DNA from: an uncultured Methylomirabilota bacterium
GTDB lineage: Bacteria > Methylomirabilota > Methylomirabilia > Methylomirabilales > 2-02-FULL-66-22
Assembly (NCBI GenBank): GCA_963705305.1
Contig: OY970067.1
Location: 544,001 to 608,000 of the forward strand
Direction: 5' to 3'
Length of the DNA: 64,000 nt
The position numbers were made by a program, and so were the translations under genes. The first letter of the stretch is position 1. Every line of letters starts with the position of its first letter. The notes below the pieces were generated by a model that saw only the letters and a program-made list of their open reading frames with translations, was not told where the DNA came from and ran no database searches. This document shows positions 18,615 through 28,485 of this stretch, one piece after another.

Positions 18615-19712
18615 ATGTTCGATCGACGCCTCGTCACACACTTCGAGTGGCCCTTCGCAGCCTCCATTCTGGGGATGGCGATCCTCGGCATCCTCACCAT
18701 CTATAGCACCAACATCCTGGCCACCTCCGCCTTCCGCAAGACCCTGTACCTGCGGCAGCTCACCTGGGTGGGGGCTGGCACCCTGGTCCTCTTCTTGACC
18801 TGCACGGTCAGCTACCGGAGCCTGGCCCGCTTCGCGTACGTGATCTACGGGCTGAGCGTCGCCCTGCTGCTGGTGGTCTTCGTCATCGGCAAGACCGGGC
18901 TCGGGGCCCAACGCTGGCTCCACATCGGCGGCATCACCATCCAGCCCTCGGAATTCACCAAGCTGGCCCTGGTTCTTTTTCTCGCCAGGTACTTCGACGA
19001 TCACCGGGACGCCCTCCACCACCCCCGAACGATGCTCGTCCCGGCCGGGGTCACGCTGGGAACCGCCGTCCTGGTGTTGAAACAGCCCGACTTGGGAACC
19101 GCCCTCCTTCTGGTCTTCATCGGGCTGGCCACCATGCTGCTCCTCGGTCTCAACTGGCGCTACCTCGTCCCTCCCATCCTGGGCGGGGGTCTGCTGACCC
19201 CCATCCTTTGGACGTTTCTCAAGGATTACCAGCGGCGGCGCATCCTGGTCTTCTTCAATCCCGACCTCGACCCCCTGGGCGCCAGCTACCACATCGCGCA
19301 GTCCAAGATCGCCGTGGGCTCCGGTGGCCTGCTGGGGAAGGGCTGGCTGGGGGCCACGCAGAGCCAACTGAATTTTCTTCCCCTCAACCACACCGACTTC
19401 ATCTTCGCCGTCCTCGCCGAGCAGTGGGGCTTCGTCGGGTGCCTGGTCATCCTGCTGGCCTACTTCTACCTCATCTCGAAGGGCCTCCAGATCGCCCAGG
19501 AGTGCACCGACCTCTTCGCCACCCTGCTGGCGGCCGGGATCTCCACCATGCTCGCCCTGCAGGTCCTCATCAACATCGCCATGGTGGTGGGCCTGCTGCC
19601 CGTCGTCGGGATCCCGCTGCCGCTCTTGAGCTACGGCGGCTCCTCCTTCCTCGTCACCATGCTGAGCTTGGGGCTGCTGCTCAACATTCGCATGCGGCGG
19701 TTCATGTACTAG
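18615..19712 (+). CDS. rodA: Peptidoglycan glycosyltransferase RodA (SEDS)
   Basis: GAQRW, IQPSEFTK, KQPDLGT, HTDFIF, PLLSYGGSS. Confidence 0.96.
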   Translation: MFDRRLVTHFEWPFAASILGMAILGILTIYSTNILATSAFRKTLYLRQLTWVGAGTLVLFLTCTVSYRSLARFAYVIYGLSVALLLVVFVIGKTGLGAQRWLHIGGITIQPSEFTKLALVLFLARYFDDHRDALHHPRTMLVPAGVTLGTAVLVLKQPDLGTALLLVFIGLATMLLLGLNWRYLVPPILGGGLLTPILWTFLKDYQRRRILVFFNPDLDPLGASYHIAQSKIAVGSGGLLGKGWLGATQSQLNFLPLNHTDFIFAVLAEQWGFVGCLVILLAYFYLISKGLQIAQECTDLFATLLAAGISTMLALQVLINIAMVVGLLPVVGIPLPLLSYGGSSFLVTMLSLGLLLNIRMRRFMY

Positions 19713-20103
19713 CCCCATTCCGGAATTATCCCACCGCCAAGGCGCCAAGACCGCAGGGTCAAATAGGGCCCGGGGCCTCGGACCGGATTCCATCATCGCA
19801 CTTCAAAGGCCCTTCGGCCGGCGAATACCCACGCCCGCCTTGGCGATCTCGGCGTGGGATCAGAGGGGGATTTCCTCACGCAAAGCATGCGAGGGGCGCG
19901 AAGGAGAGCCGGGGCGAAGGGGAGACGGAACAATTCGAATTTCGAAGTTCGAAATTGAAGTGCTTGTCTTGGCGAGCTTTGCGTGAGATCAGGCCCGGAT
20001 TCTTCCTCACGCCAAGACGCAAAGGGCGCAAAGGGGAGCAAGGGGAAGGGGGGGAAGGGAGAACCGGGAATTTCGAATTTGAGAAGTCTTGGCGTGAGAT
20101 CAG
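19710..20103. repeat. Cluster of three REP/MITE-like inverted-repeat units with internal TTCGAA(N) heptamers
   Basis: IR pairs 19728-19749/19839-19860 (imperfect), CTCACGCAAAGC 19875/19976 (perfect), CTCACGCCAAGAC 20006/20086 (perfect); each unit ends GTG(A/G)GATCAG. Confidence 0.8.
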
Positions 20104-20876
20104 ATCCGCCCTTGCAACTCGGCAAAATGGCCGATCGTCAGGTCCGGCCGCACCTCACCCGGGACGGCCCCGGGCGGGGCCAGCCAGATCGTTCGCATCC
20201 CGACGCTCTGCGCCCCCTGGATATCCGAGATGGGGCTGTCGCCGATCATGGCCGCCTGCTCCGGCAGCACGTGCATTCGGTCCAGCGCCACCCGGAAGAT
20301 ATGGGGCCGGGGCTTGCCGATCACCTCGGGCCGAACACCGGCTGCGGCTGCGACCGCCGCCACGATTGCCCCGCAGCCCGGATAGAACTCGCCCCCCTCG
20401 ACCGGAAGCCGGGGATCCTGATTGACCGCCAGGAAGGCGGCCCCCGCCGCCACGGCGCGCGCGAGGCCGATGAGCTTGCGGTAATCGAAGTCGAAGTCGT
20501 GGCCCACGACCGCCACCCCGGCCTCCCGGGGGGTCTCCAGCGGCACCAGCTCGTGTCCGCCCTCCGTCAGCAGCCTGCGCAGGGTCACGGATCCGACCGC
20601 CAGAATCCGCGAGGCTCCGAACCGATCACGGACATAGGGGGCCACGATCTCCGCCGCAGAGAGGATCTCTTCGGTCCCGGTTTGGATGCCCAGCGAGTGC
20701 AGCTTGGCCTGCAGTTCCGCTCCCGCCTCCCGCGAGTTGTTGGTGAGGAAGAGGATGCGCCGTCCGCCCTGCCGCAACTCGCGCAGGAACTCCCGGATGC
20801 CGGGAACCAGGGTGTTCCCGGTATAGACACAGCCGTCTAGGTCAAAGACAAAGGCTCGGAGCGACGTCAGATCCAT
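20100..20876 (-). CDS. HAD-IIA hydrolase (NagD-like sugar phosphatase)
   Basis: FDLDG, LTNNS, IGKP, MIGDSPISDIQGA. Confidence 0.92.
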   Translation of the reverse strand: MDLTSLRAFVFDLDGCVYTGNTLVPGIREFLRELRQGGRRILFLTNNSREAGAELQAKLHSLGIQTGTEEILSAAEIVAPYVRDRFGASRILAVGSVTLRRLLTEGGHELVPLETPREAGVAVVGHDFDFDYRKLIGLARAVAAGAAFLAVNQDPRLPVEGGEFYPGCGAIVAAVAAAAGVRPEVIGKPRPHIFRVALDRMHVLPEQAAMIGDSPISDIQGAQSVGMRTIWLAPPGAVPGEVRPDLTIGHFAELQGRI

Positions 20877-21026
20877 GCGTCCTCGCGCCTCCGGATGGTG
20901 GGTTCTCGACGGACCGCTCGGCGCCTCTCCCCCTGCCCGCCAGGACATGCCGCGGCACGCATCCGCATGCGCCGCTGCAGCGGCGACGGCAAGGGAAGGC
21001 GCGCCTGATGGTGCGGCTGGAATCGG

Positions 21027-21800
21027 TTACAGGCTGTATCCGCCGTCCACGACCAGATTGCAGCCGGTGGTGAAGCTGGACGCGTCGGAGGCCAGATACA
21101 CCACGGCGCCCCCCAGGTCCTCATAGGCCTGCCCGTACCGCTTGATCACCCCCTGGTCCACCCGGATGGCCCGGATGGCCGGATTATCGGAGCGCGCGGC
21201 GTTTCCGGGGGTCCGGAAGTACCCCGGGCTGATGCTGTTCACGTAGATGCGGTGCCGGGCCCACTCTACCGCCAGGGTTTTGGTCAGCATCACCACTCCC
21301 GCCTTGGCGGCATTGTAATGGCAGTAGTCGGCGTCGCGGTTCACGTGGAACGCGGACATGGAGGCGATGTTGATGATCTTCCCCCCGCTTTGCTGGATCA
21401 TCCGCGGCGCCACCACCTTGCAGCAGACGAACACTCCTTTGAGATCCACCGCCAGCATCCGCTCCCAGTCCTGGATACCCATCTCCAGCGCCGAGAGGGG
21501 CTGGGCGTACCCGGCATTGTTGACGAGGATGTCGAGCCGGCCCGCGTCCGTCATCACGCTGGACACCATGCTCTCCACCGACTCCGGATCGGTGACGTCC
21601 GCCTTGAACGGCAAGGCCTTTCGCCCCCGCTTCCGCACCTCCTCGGCCGTCTCCTCCGCTGCCGGAAGGTCAAGCTCTGCAATGGCGATGTCCGCCCCTG
21701 CTTCTGCCAGAGCCAGGGCCATGCCCTGCCCCAGTCCCCTGCCGGCGCCGGTCACCAGCGCCATTCTTCCCGCCAGCGAAAATCGATCCAGGATACCCAT
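21027..21800 (-). CDS. SDR family oxidoreductase (sugar/polyol dehydrogenase-like)
   Basis: TGAGRGLG, NNAG, YNAAK, VDGGY. Confidence 0.93.
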   Translation of the reverse strand: MGILDRFSLAGRMALVTGAGRGLGQGMALALAEAGADIAIAELDLPAAEETAEEVRKRGRKALPFKADVTDPESVESMVSSVMTDAGRLDILVNNAGYAQPLSALEMGIQDWERMLAVDLKGVFVCCKVVAPRMIQQSGGKIINIASMSAFHVNRDADYCHYNAAKAGVVMLTKTLAVEWARHRIYVNSISPGYFRTPGNAARSDNPAIRAIRVDQGVIKRYGQAYEDLGGAVVYLASDASSFTTGCNLVVDGGYSL

Positions 21801-21940
21801 CGGGCTTCCTCCCTCAGCAGGCGTGCTGCCGGTTGGACAAGTGAATCCGAAGGACCGAGAAAACTCCTTGTGCAGCGGCTATTCCGGACATAATATACAG
21901 CGTTTCCTGCGTGAACGTCTGTGAACCAGGGAGATCAGCC

Positions 21941-22378
21941 ATGGCCAGGGCCACCATCCTCATCGTCGATGACGACCCGGGTGTCTGCCGGCCGCTGGCC
22001 GAAGCGTTCCGCCTGGCGGGGTTCGCCGTTCTCCAGGCTGCCGACGCGGTTCAGGGCCTCCAGATTGCGAGCGAGCATCGCCCCGATCTGATCTTCATGG
22101 ACATCCAGCTTCCGGACCTGGACGGCATCTCGGTGGTAGAGACCCTGAAGAGCGATCCGACCGTCCGGCACATCCCCGTGGTGGCCATGACCGGCTACGA
22201 CATCATGGGTGAGCAGGCCCGATCCATGGGGCGCAACTGTGCGGCCTACGTCCAGAAGCCGCTTCGCCCCCGCGACCTCATCAACCTGGCCACGGCCCTC
22301 CTCAAGCTCCCGGCCGAGCCACCGGACCACACCCCCCGCCGGACGGAGCCGCATTCGGACCCCCCCGTCTCGCATTGA
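21941..22378 (+). CDS. Single-domain response regulator (DivK-like)
   Basis: ILIVDDD, PDLIFMDIQLPDLDG, VAMTG, QKP. Confidence 0.88.
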   Translation: MARATILIVDDDPGVCRPLAEAFRLAGFAVLQAADAVQGLQIASEHRPDLIFMDIQLPDLDGISVVETLKSDPTVRHIPVVAMTGYDIMGEQARSMGRNCAAYVQKPLRPRDLINLATALLKLPAEPPDHTPRRTEPHSDPPVSH

Positions 22379-22434
22379 CGGCGAGGCGGACAGAAGGGGA
22401 CGCCTGCCGGCTCGACCGGATCGACGGACACCTC

Positions 22435-23601
22435 TCACCTTCGGAGATCGACCCGCCGGCCTTCCGCAGCGGAGACGTAGCCGGCGTAGATCACCTCGAC
22501 CGTCTCCCGGGCCAGGAGGAGGCCCGACAGCGGCTCCCGGTCCTCGCGGACGGCGTTCACGAAATCCTCCATCTCCTGCGGGTACCCTCGCATCCAGTCC
22601 TCGTCGGGACTGGGGAATTGCCATCCTTCCTTGGTCTCCACTTTCTCGGTGAGGTACTCGTCTCCCCAGATCCCTCCGTCCGGCGCATAGACCTGGAGGC
22701 TCGTGTTCGGATTGATGCTCACCTGGACGACGGCATTTGTGAGGTAGGCGGTGACCAAGTTCTTCACGCCTCCCAGGCTCACGTCGGTCGAGAAGACCGT
22801 CGCCTTGGTCCCGTCCTCGAAGGTCAGGATGGCTGCCGACCAGTCCTCGACATCCTCCCAGGCGGCGACCACCCACTGCTTTGGCGCCGCCTGTACCGCC
22901 GGCAGCTTCGTCAGTTGGGCCGTATCGGCCAGGACCGATTTCACCCGGATAGGCTTCCCCGTTCTTTTCATCCCCTCATAGTGTTTGAGATGAATGACCG
23001 CCCCGATGGGATGCGACCCCATGCGCAGCATGGAGCCGCCGCCCGCCGTGGCCCAGCGCCGGGAGTAGGCGGCATGCGAGCCGGAATGGCTCTCCTCGGC
23101 CCGCAGGTCGAGAAGCGTCCCCCCGCTGGCATCCATCAACCGCCGCAGCTTCGCCACCGGAGGGGCATACACGAAGTTCTCGGCATACCCCAGGCGGACG
23201 TTGTTCCGCCGGCAGGCCTCCGCCACGCTGTCGGCGTGCTTCATGGCCTCGGCGAACATGACCGGCCGGGACATAGCCCGGGCCTCGGCGAAGCAGCCGG
23301 TGAGCGGCTTCTCCACGATAATGTGCTTGCCGGCATCGGCCGCATCGACGGCCAGCACGTGGTGGAGGCTGGTCACCACGGGCAGGGTAACCAGCTGGAT
23401 GTCCTTCCGCTCCAGCAAAAACCGGTGATCCGTGTACGCGTGCGGCACATTGAACTTCTTGGCAAAGGCCTCCGCGCTCTCCCTGGTCTTGGAGCAGACG
23501 GCGACGATCTCGCAGCTGCTCCCACGCAGCCTGCTCAGCGCGTGCGCGTGCAGGTCGGCCGCAAAGCGCGAACCGATGAAGCCGATGCCGATCTTGTCCA
23601 T
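22435..23601 (-). CDS. Gfo/Idh/MocA family oxidoreductase
   Basis: IGIGFIGS, GKHIIVEKP, GGGSMLRMGSH. Confidence 0.92.
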   Translation of the reverse strand: MDKIGIGFIGSRFAADLHAHALSRLRGSSCEIVAVCSKTRESAEAFAKKFNVPHAYTDHRFLLERKDIQLVTLPVVTSLHHVLAVDAADAGKHIIVEKPLTGCFAEARAMSRPVMFAEAMKHADSVAEACRRNNVRLGYAENFVYAPPVAKLRRLMDASGGTLLDLRAEESHSGSHAAYSRRWATAGGGSMLRMGSHPIGAVIHLKHYEGMKRTGKPIRVKSVLADTAQLTKLPAVQAAPKQWVVAAWEDVEDWSAAILTFEDGTKATVFSTDVSLGGVKNLVTAYLTNAVVQVSINPNTSLQVYAPDGGIWGDEYLTEKVETKEGWQFPSPDEDWMRGYPQEMEDFVNAVREDREPLSGLLLARETVEVIYAGYVSAAEGRRVDLRR

Positions 23602-23670
23602 GATCGCCTCTCCGGAGCAATCCGCTTTCCGTCGCCGCTGCCCGGCTTCTGCCGCCGGGGCCCCGGCCCG

Positions 23671-23753
23671 CTACAGCTTGAACACCGTCGGCAGGTACAG
23701 GATCAGCCAGGGCCAGAAAGCAATGACGATCAGGTCGATTGGAACAGGAGCAT
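23671..23753 (-). pseudogene. Deletion remnant of TRAP dctQ/dctM (orphan start joined out of frame to a DctM-like C-terminus)
   Basis: GGGAGGA RBS + ATG CTC CTG TTC CAA TCG ACC TGA; overlapping frame reads IDLIVIAFWPWLILYLPTVFKL-stop. Confidence 0.65.
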
Positions 23754-23770
23754 GGCGAGGTCCTCCCTAC

Positions 23771-23815
23771 AGAAAGAAAAAGGGAAGCGGTGCCGCGCCC
23801 GACACCGCTTCCCTT
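23771..23815 (-). terminator. Hairpin/terminator after dctP
   Basis: AAGGGAAGCGGTG ... CACCGCTTCCCTT 13-bp IR followed by a U-rich tract on the minus strand. Confidence 0.75.
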
Positions 23816-23825
23816 CCGAGCGCCT

Positions 23826-24836
23826 CTACTTGGCCTTGACCGCTGCCTGAACCTCGCTCAGCAGCTCCTTGCCGAAGGGGTACTTCTTGATGAACGTCTC
23901 GTACACCGGCTGGATCCGCTTCTCGAACGCCGGCTTGTCCACGTCCGTGATCACGGTTACCCCTTTCTCCTTCAACAGACCGATGGCCTTGTTCTCCAAG
24001 GACACGTACTCCTTCCGGAAGTACTGCTCTGCGTCCTGGCCGGCCGCGGCAATCCCGCCCTGGACGTCCTTGGGCAGGCCGTCCCACCACTTCTTGTTGG
24101 CCACGAAGGTGCTCACCGACCAGAACTGCTCGGTCAAGGAGTACACTTTGGAGACCTCCCACTGCTTGGAGGTCCAGTAGAGAACCGGGGAGTTCTCGGC
24201 GCCGTCGAGGACGTGCTGCTGCAGGGCCAGGTACACCTCGCCGAAAGCCAGGGGGGTGCCGATCCCGCCCATCTCGTTCATGGCCTGGATCTGGATGTCG
24301 CTGGGCTGCACCCGGATCTTCAAGCCCTTCAGGTCTTGGGGCTCGCGCACCGGCTTGTTGGTGAAGATGCTCCGGCCGCCGTCGTCCACCCAGAACACGC
24401 CCACCAGCCCGTGCTCGGGAAAAATTTCGTTGACGAACTTCTTCCCCACCTTGCTGCGGATAACCCGCCAGAGATCGTCCCGGCTGTTGAACAGGTAGGG
24501 CAGATCCCAGACCTTCTCCTCCGAAATCCATTCGCCGGCGAAAGAGGCGGGAATCTTGGCCATCTCGATGCTGCCGGTCTGGACCCCCAGGAACAGGTCC
24601 TTGGTCTGCCCCAGCTGGGCGCTGTCGAACACCTGGAACTCCACCCGACCCTTGGTCCGCTCCTTCACCCGCTCCGCGAAGAACCGCATGGTCATGGAAT
24701 GGGGATGATCCGGCGACAGGATGTCCGCGATCTTGGCGATGATCTTCTTGTCCTGAGCCGCCGCACTCCCCGCTGCGCAGGCGAAGGCCGCGAGGACCGC
24801 GATGGCCACCACCATGAACCGCCAGCATCTTTTCAT
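23826..24836 (-). CDS. dctP: TRAP transporter substrate-binding protein
   Basis: Signal peptide, DLPYLF, DLKGLKIRV, FGEVYLALQQHVLDGAEN. Confidence 0.94.
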   Translation of the reverse strand: MKRCWRFMVVAIAVLAAFACAAGSAAAQDKKIIAKIADILSPDHPHSMTMRFFAERVKERTKGRVEFQVFDSAQLGQTKDLFLGVQTGSIEMAKIPASFAGEWISEEKVWDLPYLFNSRDDLWRVIRSKVGKKFVNEIFPEHGLVGVFWVDDGGRSIFTNKPVREPQDLKGLKIRVQPSDIQIQAMNEMGGIGTPLAFGEVYLALQQHVLDGAENSPVLYWTSKQWEVSKVYSLTEQFWSVSTFVANKKWWDGLPKDVQGGIAAAGQDAEQYFRKEYVSLENKAIGLLKEKGVTVITDVDKPAFEKRIQPVYETFIKKYPFGKELLSEVQAAVKAK

Positions 24837-25084
24837 CGAAGAACCTCCCATAGTAAATACTGCGATTTATCGCGCGCCGCTCCGCGACCGCGACGCCCGT
24901 CCCCAGACGCAGCCTATGTTGGTGGGCATTCTAGTCCTTCCAATTACCCGGAGCAGGGCCGGGGGTCAAGAGGAAGGGCCTGAACGTCTGTTTCCTCGAA
25001 CATGCCGCCGGAGGGTGTCGGGGCAGTTCACTGCCTCCGTCGACTGGACCCTCTCGCCCCCCCATCCCTTTTCCCATCGACACA

Positions 25085-25891
25085 TCAGGCCGGAATGAAC
25101 CGGAGCGCCGGAACCGCCGGCAGCGCGCCGGCATCGGCCAGCATCTTCAGGAACGTGCGCAGGCCGTCCAGGTGGCGCAGGCTCAGATCGAACGAGAGCC
25201 GCTCGGTCAGATACCGGCGGCAGGCCTCAGGCGAGAGGCCGGTCCGTGCCCGCGCCAGGTCCAGCATCGTCTCCGGGTGCTCGCGCGTATAGGCCTTGGC
25301 CAGCAGCAGGGCGCGATGCAGCGCCCGGACTTCCGCCTCCGCCCTAGCCCAGGCCTCCGCCCGGACGGCCCACACGGCGAAGACGAAGGGAAGCCCCGTG
25401 AGGTCCCGCCACGCCTGCCCCAGGTCCAGGCAGTGGGCTGCCTGCGGCCGGCGGCGCAAGGCCTCGTCGCCGATCACTAGGTGGGCCGGCGCATCGTCGC
25501 CCGGTAGGTCGGGGACAAACCGGGGCCGGAGGTGGTAGACCTTCTCCAAGAGCAGCCTCACCAGGTACACGGAGGTCAAGGAGTGGCGGCTGAGGGCCAC
25601 CGGAGCGTCCCCGAGCTCCTCCAGCGGGCAGCGGCTCAAGAGCAGCACGCTCTCCACCGGCCCGTCGCACGCGATGGCAAGGTCAGGAAGCAGCCGGTAG
25701 GCGTCCGGGCGGAGGGCCGCCTCCATAACCGAGATGACCGAGATATCCAGCGCTCCGCTGCGCAGCTGCTCGTTCAACTCGGCTGGCGTTCCATCGCGGA
25801 TCTCGCAGTCGGCGGCGACCACGCCGCGCTCCAGGGCGTAGTAGACCGGCTCGCAGTTGATGTATCGGACCCGTCCGAGCTTCAGTGGCAT
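25085..25891 (-). CDS. mqnA: Chorismate dehydratase MqnA (futalosine pathway)
   Basis: LGRVRYINCEP, GPVESVLL, SLTS, LVIGDEAL, DLGQAWRDLTGLPFVFAVW. Confidence 0.92.
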   Translation of the reverse strand: MPLKLGRVRYINCEPVYYALERGVVAADCEIRDGTPAELNEQLRSGALDISVISVMEAALRPDAYRLLPDLAIACDGPVESVLLLSRCPLEELGDAPVALSRHSLTSVYLVRLLLEKVYHLRPRFVPDLPGDDAPAHLVIGDEALRRRPQAAHCLDLGQAWRDLTGLPFVFAVWAVRAEAWARAEAEVRALHRALLLAKAYTREHPETMLDLARARTGLSPEACRRYLTERLSFDLSLRHLDGLRTFLKMLADAGALPAVPALRFIPA

Positions 25892-27153
25892 GCCCGGCCC
25901 TCCAGCCGGCGGTGCCGGACTTCCCCGTCGATCAGGATGAGCAGCACATTGTCTCCCCGCGTCGTCTCGAGCAGCGACCTCTCCGGGTCCGCAGCGGTCA
26001 CGCCGGCCGCGGATACGGCGACCAAGTCGGCCCGCTTCCCAGGCTCCAGACTTCCGACCTGGGCTCCCAGTCCCAGCGCGCGGGCTCCCCTCAGCGTTCC
26101 CAGGGACAGGATGTCGGCCGCCGTCAGGCTCCCGGCATGCAGCGCCAGCGCAGCGCGCATCTCGTCCCAGAGATCCAGGCTGGGGGCGCTGGCCAGCGAG
26201 TCCGTCCCCAATCCGACCGGCAGACCGCGGGCCAGGCAGGCGGGCACCGGCGCCGTCGCCCCGGAAAGGCGGAGGTTGCTCCGGGGGCAATGAGCCACGC
26301 TGACGCCTCGGCGGACCATCAGCAGGATGTCCTCCGCATCCACGTGCACCGCGTGCACCAGGAGCGGGCGCCATGCCAGCGCCCCCACCATCTCGAGATA
26401 GGCCGCCGGGCTCCTGGCCCGCCTCCTCGGCGGCGGGTCCGGACAGCCCACCGCCGGATACAGGCGTCCGGGAATCGCCCCGCCTCCCGTGGCCAGGAAC
26501 TCCACCTCCTCCGGCGACTCGGCGGCGTGGATGCACACGGGCATGCCGGTCTGGAGAAGCAGGCTGTCGCAGCCGCGAAACAGCAGCTCGCTGAGCCCGT
26601 ACGGGCTGTGGGGCGAGAGGCCGATCCGCAGGCGCCCTTCGGCCGCCTGCGCCTGCATGGCCCGGAGGTCTTCCTGCGCCGCCCGGAGCCGATGCTCCGC
26701 CGCGTCCGGATGGAGCCCCAGGATCTCCCGGTACACGACGCCGCGGAGACCGAGGCGTCGGAGGGCCGGGATGCTCTGGCCCGCCGTGCTCACATCGCCC
26801 ACGCTGGTCGTCCCGCAGGCGAGCAGCGCCCCGGCGCCGCTCCCGGCGATCGCCTCCCGAGCCTCCGGAGTGATCTCGCGCCGGCCCTCCACCAGCGCCA
26901 CGACCCAGGGGACGAAACCCGCCTCCCCCACCGGACGCGGGAGGCTCGCCAGCTCCAGGTGGGTGTGGCAATTCACCAGCCCGGGCAGGAGGGCGGCCTC
27001 CCCCAGATCCCAGCACTCCGCCTCCGGCCGGGCCGCCGTCACCGCACGGGCGGGGCCGACCTCGACGATCGCCCCCGCCTCGACGGCCACCGCCCCGCTC
27101 GGAATGGGGGGAGACGCGACCGGAAACACCCAGCGGGCCGTCAGGATGCGCAT
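25882..27153 (-). CDS. Amidohydrolase family protein, probable aminofutalosine deaminase
   Basis: PGLVNCHTHLE, HAAES, HCPRSN, GTDS; overlaps mqnA start. Confidence 0.85.
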   Translation of the reverse strand: MRILTARWVFPVASPPIPSGAVAVEAGAIVEVGPARAVTAARPEAECWDLGEAALLPGLVNCHTHLELASLPRPVGEAGFVPWVVALVEGRREITPEAREAIAGSGAGALLACGTTSVGDVSTAGQSIPALRRLGLRGVVYREILGLHPDAAEHRLRAAQEDLRAMQAQAAEGRLRIGLSPHSPYGLSELLFRGCDSLLLQTGMPVCIHAAESPEEVEFLATGGGAIPGRLYPAVGCPDPPPRRRARSPAAYLEMVGALAWRPLLVHAVHVDAEDILLMVRRGVSVAHCPRSNLRLSGATAPVPACLARGLPVGLGTDSLASAPSLDLWDEMRAALALHAGSLTAADILSLGTLRGARALGLGAQVGSLEPGKRADLVAVSAAGVTAADPERSLLETTRGDNVLLILIDGEVRHRRLEGRACH

Positions 27154-27785
27154 GATTCCCCGACGCCCTCTGCCGCCACCAGCCGCCGGACCGCCTCCAG
27201 CTCTTCGGGGGTGTTCACGTTGACGAAGCACCGGAGCTCCGGATCCAGCGTCCGGAGCTCCTCCTCCGACACCTCCCGCACCCGGACGTCGGCAAACAGC
27301 TCCTCGACCTTCAGCCGCCCCAGTCCGAGCATGGCCTCGATGCGGGGGAGGCAAGCCCGGCCGTACACGGCGTGCAGGGGCTCGTAGCCCCGGCCCGACC
27401 GGGCCACCACCACGTCGTATCCCGGCGCAAGATTGCAGAGGTGTGCGACCACGGCAGGGTTGACCAGGGGCATATCGCAGCCGATACAGAAGGTCTGCGG
27501 AAGCCGGCTGTAAAAGAGCGCGGCGTGGATGCCCCCCAGGGCCCCCCTTCCCTGGAGCCGATCCGGCCGGATGGGCACCTCCAGCTCGGTGAAGGCCTCG
27601 GCATCGTTGCTGATGACCAGGAGTTCCGCGAAGAGAGGCTGGAGGGCAGCCAGGATCGTCTGAATGATCGACCGTCCGCCGATGGAGAGCAGGGCCTTGT
27701 TCCTGCCCATGCGCCGGGAGTCCCCTCCCGCCAGGATGGCCCCCGTCACAGCCGGAGGCTCTCCGGGGGGCGTCGGCCCCGTCAT
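27141..27785 (-). CDS. mobA: Molybdenum cofactor guanylyltransferase
   Basis: ILAGGDSRRMGRNKA, GALGGI, CDMP, EPLHAVY, NVNTPEEL. Confidence 0.94.
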   Translation of the reverse strand: MTGPTPPGEPPAVTGAILAGGDSRRMGRNKALLSIGGRSIIQTILAALQPLFAELLVISNDAEAFTELEVPIRPDRLQGRGALGGIHAALFYSRLPQTFCIGCDMPLVNPAVVAHLCNLAPGYDVVVARSGRGYEPLHAVYGRACLPRIEAMLGLGRLKVEELFADVRVREVSEEELRTLDPELRCFVNVNTPEELEAVRRLVAAEGVGESCAS

Positions 27786-28438
27786 TGCGTCCGCCCGCGG
27801 ATGCGGAGTGCGATCGGCGGGCCGCCGCCCGGATCGGCGCCGCCAATCAAACTGCGCACGGTCCGAGCCAGGACTTCCGCCGTGGCCTCGTCCAGAACCA
27901 CGCGCTGCCCTCCTACCAGCACGTCCACGGGCGGGGGACAGAGGTCCGCGAGGAATTCCCGCTGGATGAATTCTGCCAGCGGACCGATCTCCTCCAGGCC
28001 GAAGTGGGGGACCGGCACCGGCGTGGGCGCGTCCGAGACCACGGCCACCAACCCGTCTTCGGTCCCGCACAGCGGCGGCCCTCCCGGGGGTGTCCGGATC
28101 ACCTCGATCTTGGGCGTGGAGGAGGATTTGAACCCTTCGGCGAGAAGCAGGTCAACCTCGAGCAGGGGCAGGCACGCGATGGCCTCGAGGGACCACTCCT
28201 TTTCCGTATCGCTGACCACAAAAAGGCTGTCGCACGAGACCAGGCCCGCCGTGCGGGCTCCGGCCCGCTTGTGGCGCCAGGAGTCCTTCCCGGGAGTATC
28301 GACCGCGACCGGTCCGCGGGAATGGTGCTTGATCGTCCCGAGCGTATAGCCGCGACGGCGCAGCTCCGGAATGAGCTTTTCCAGTAGGGTGGTCTTGCCG
28401 GAATTGGACCGGCCGACAATCGAAAGGATGGGAATCAC
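27782..28438 (-). CDS. mobB: Molybdopterin-guanine dinucleotide biosynthesis protein B
   Basis: IVGRSNSGKTTL, IKH, GKDSWRH, EGFK. Confidence 0.94.
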   Translation of the reverse strand: MIPILSIVGRSNSGKTTLLEKLIPELRRRGYTLGTIKHHSRGPVAVDTPGKDSWRHKRAGARTAGLVSCDSLFVVSDTEKEWSLEAIACLPLLEVDLLLAEGFKSSSTPKIEVIRTPPGGPPLCGTEDGLVAVVSDAPTPVPVPHFGLEEIGPLAEFIQREFLADLCPPPVDVLVGGQRVVLDEATAEVLARTVRSLIGGADPGGGPPIALRIRGRTQ

Positions 28439-28485
28439 GGGCCGCTCGCGCTGCAGCGGTGACGGGTGGCAACCGCCTGCCGGGA

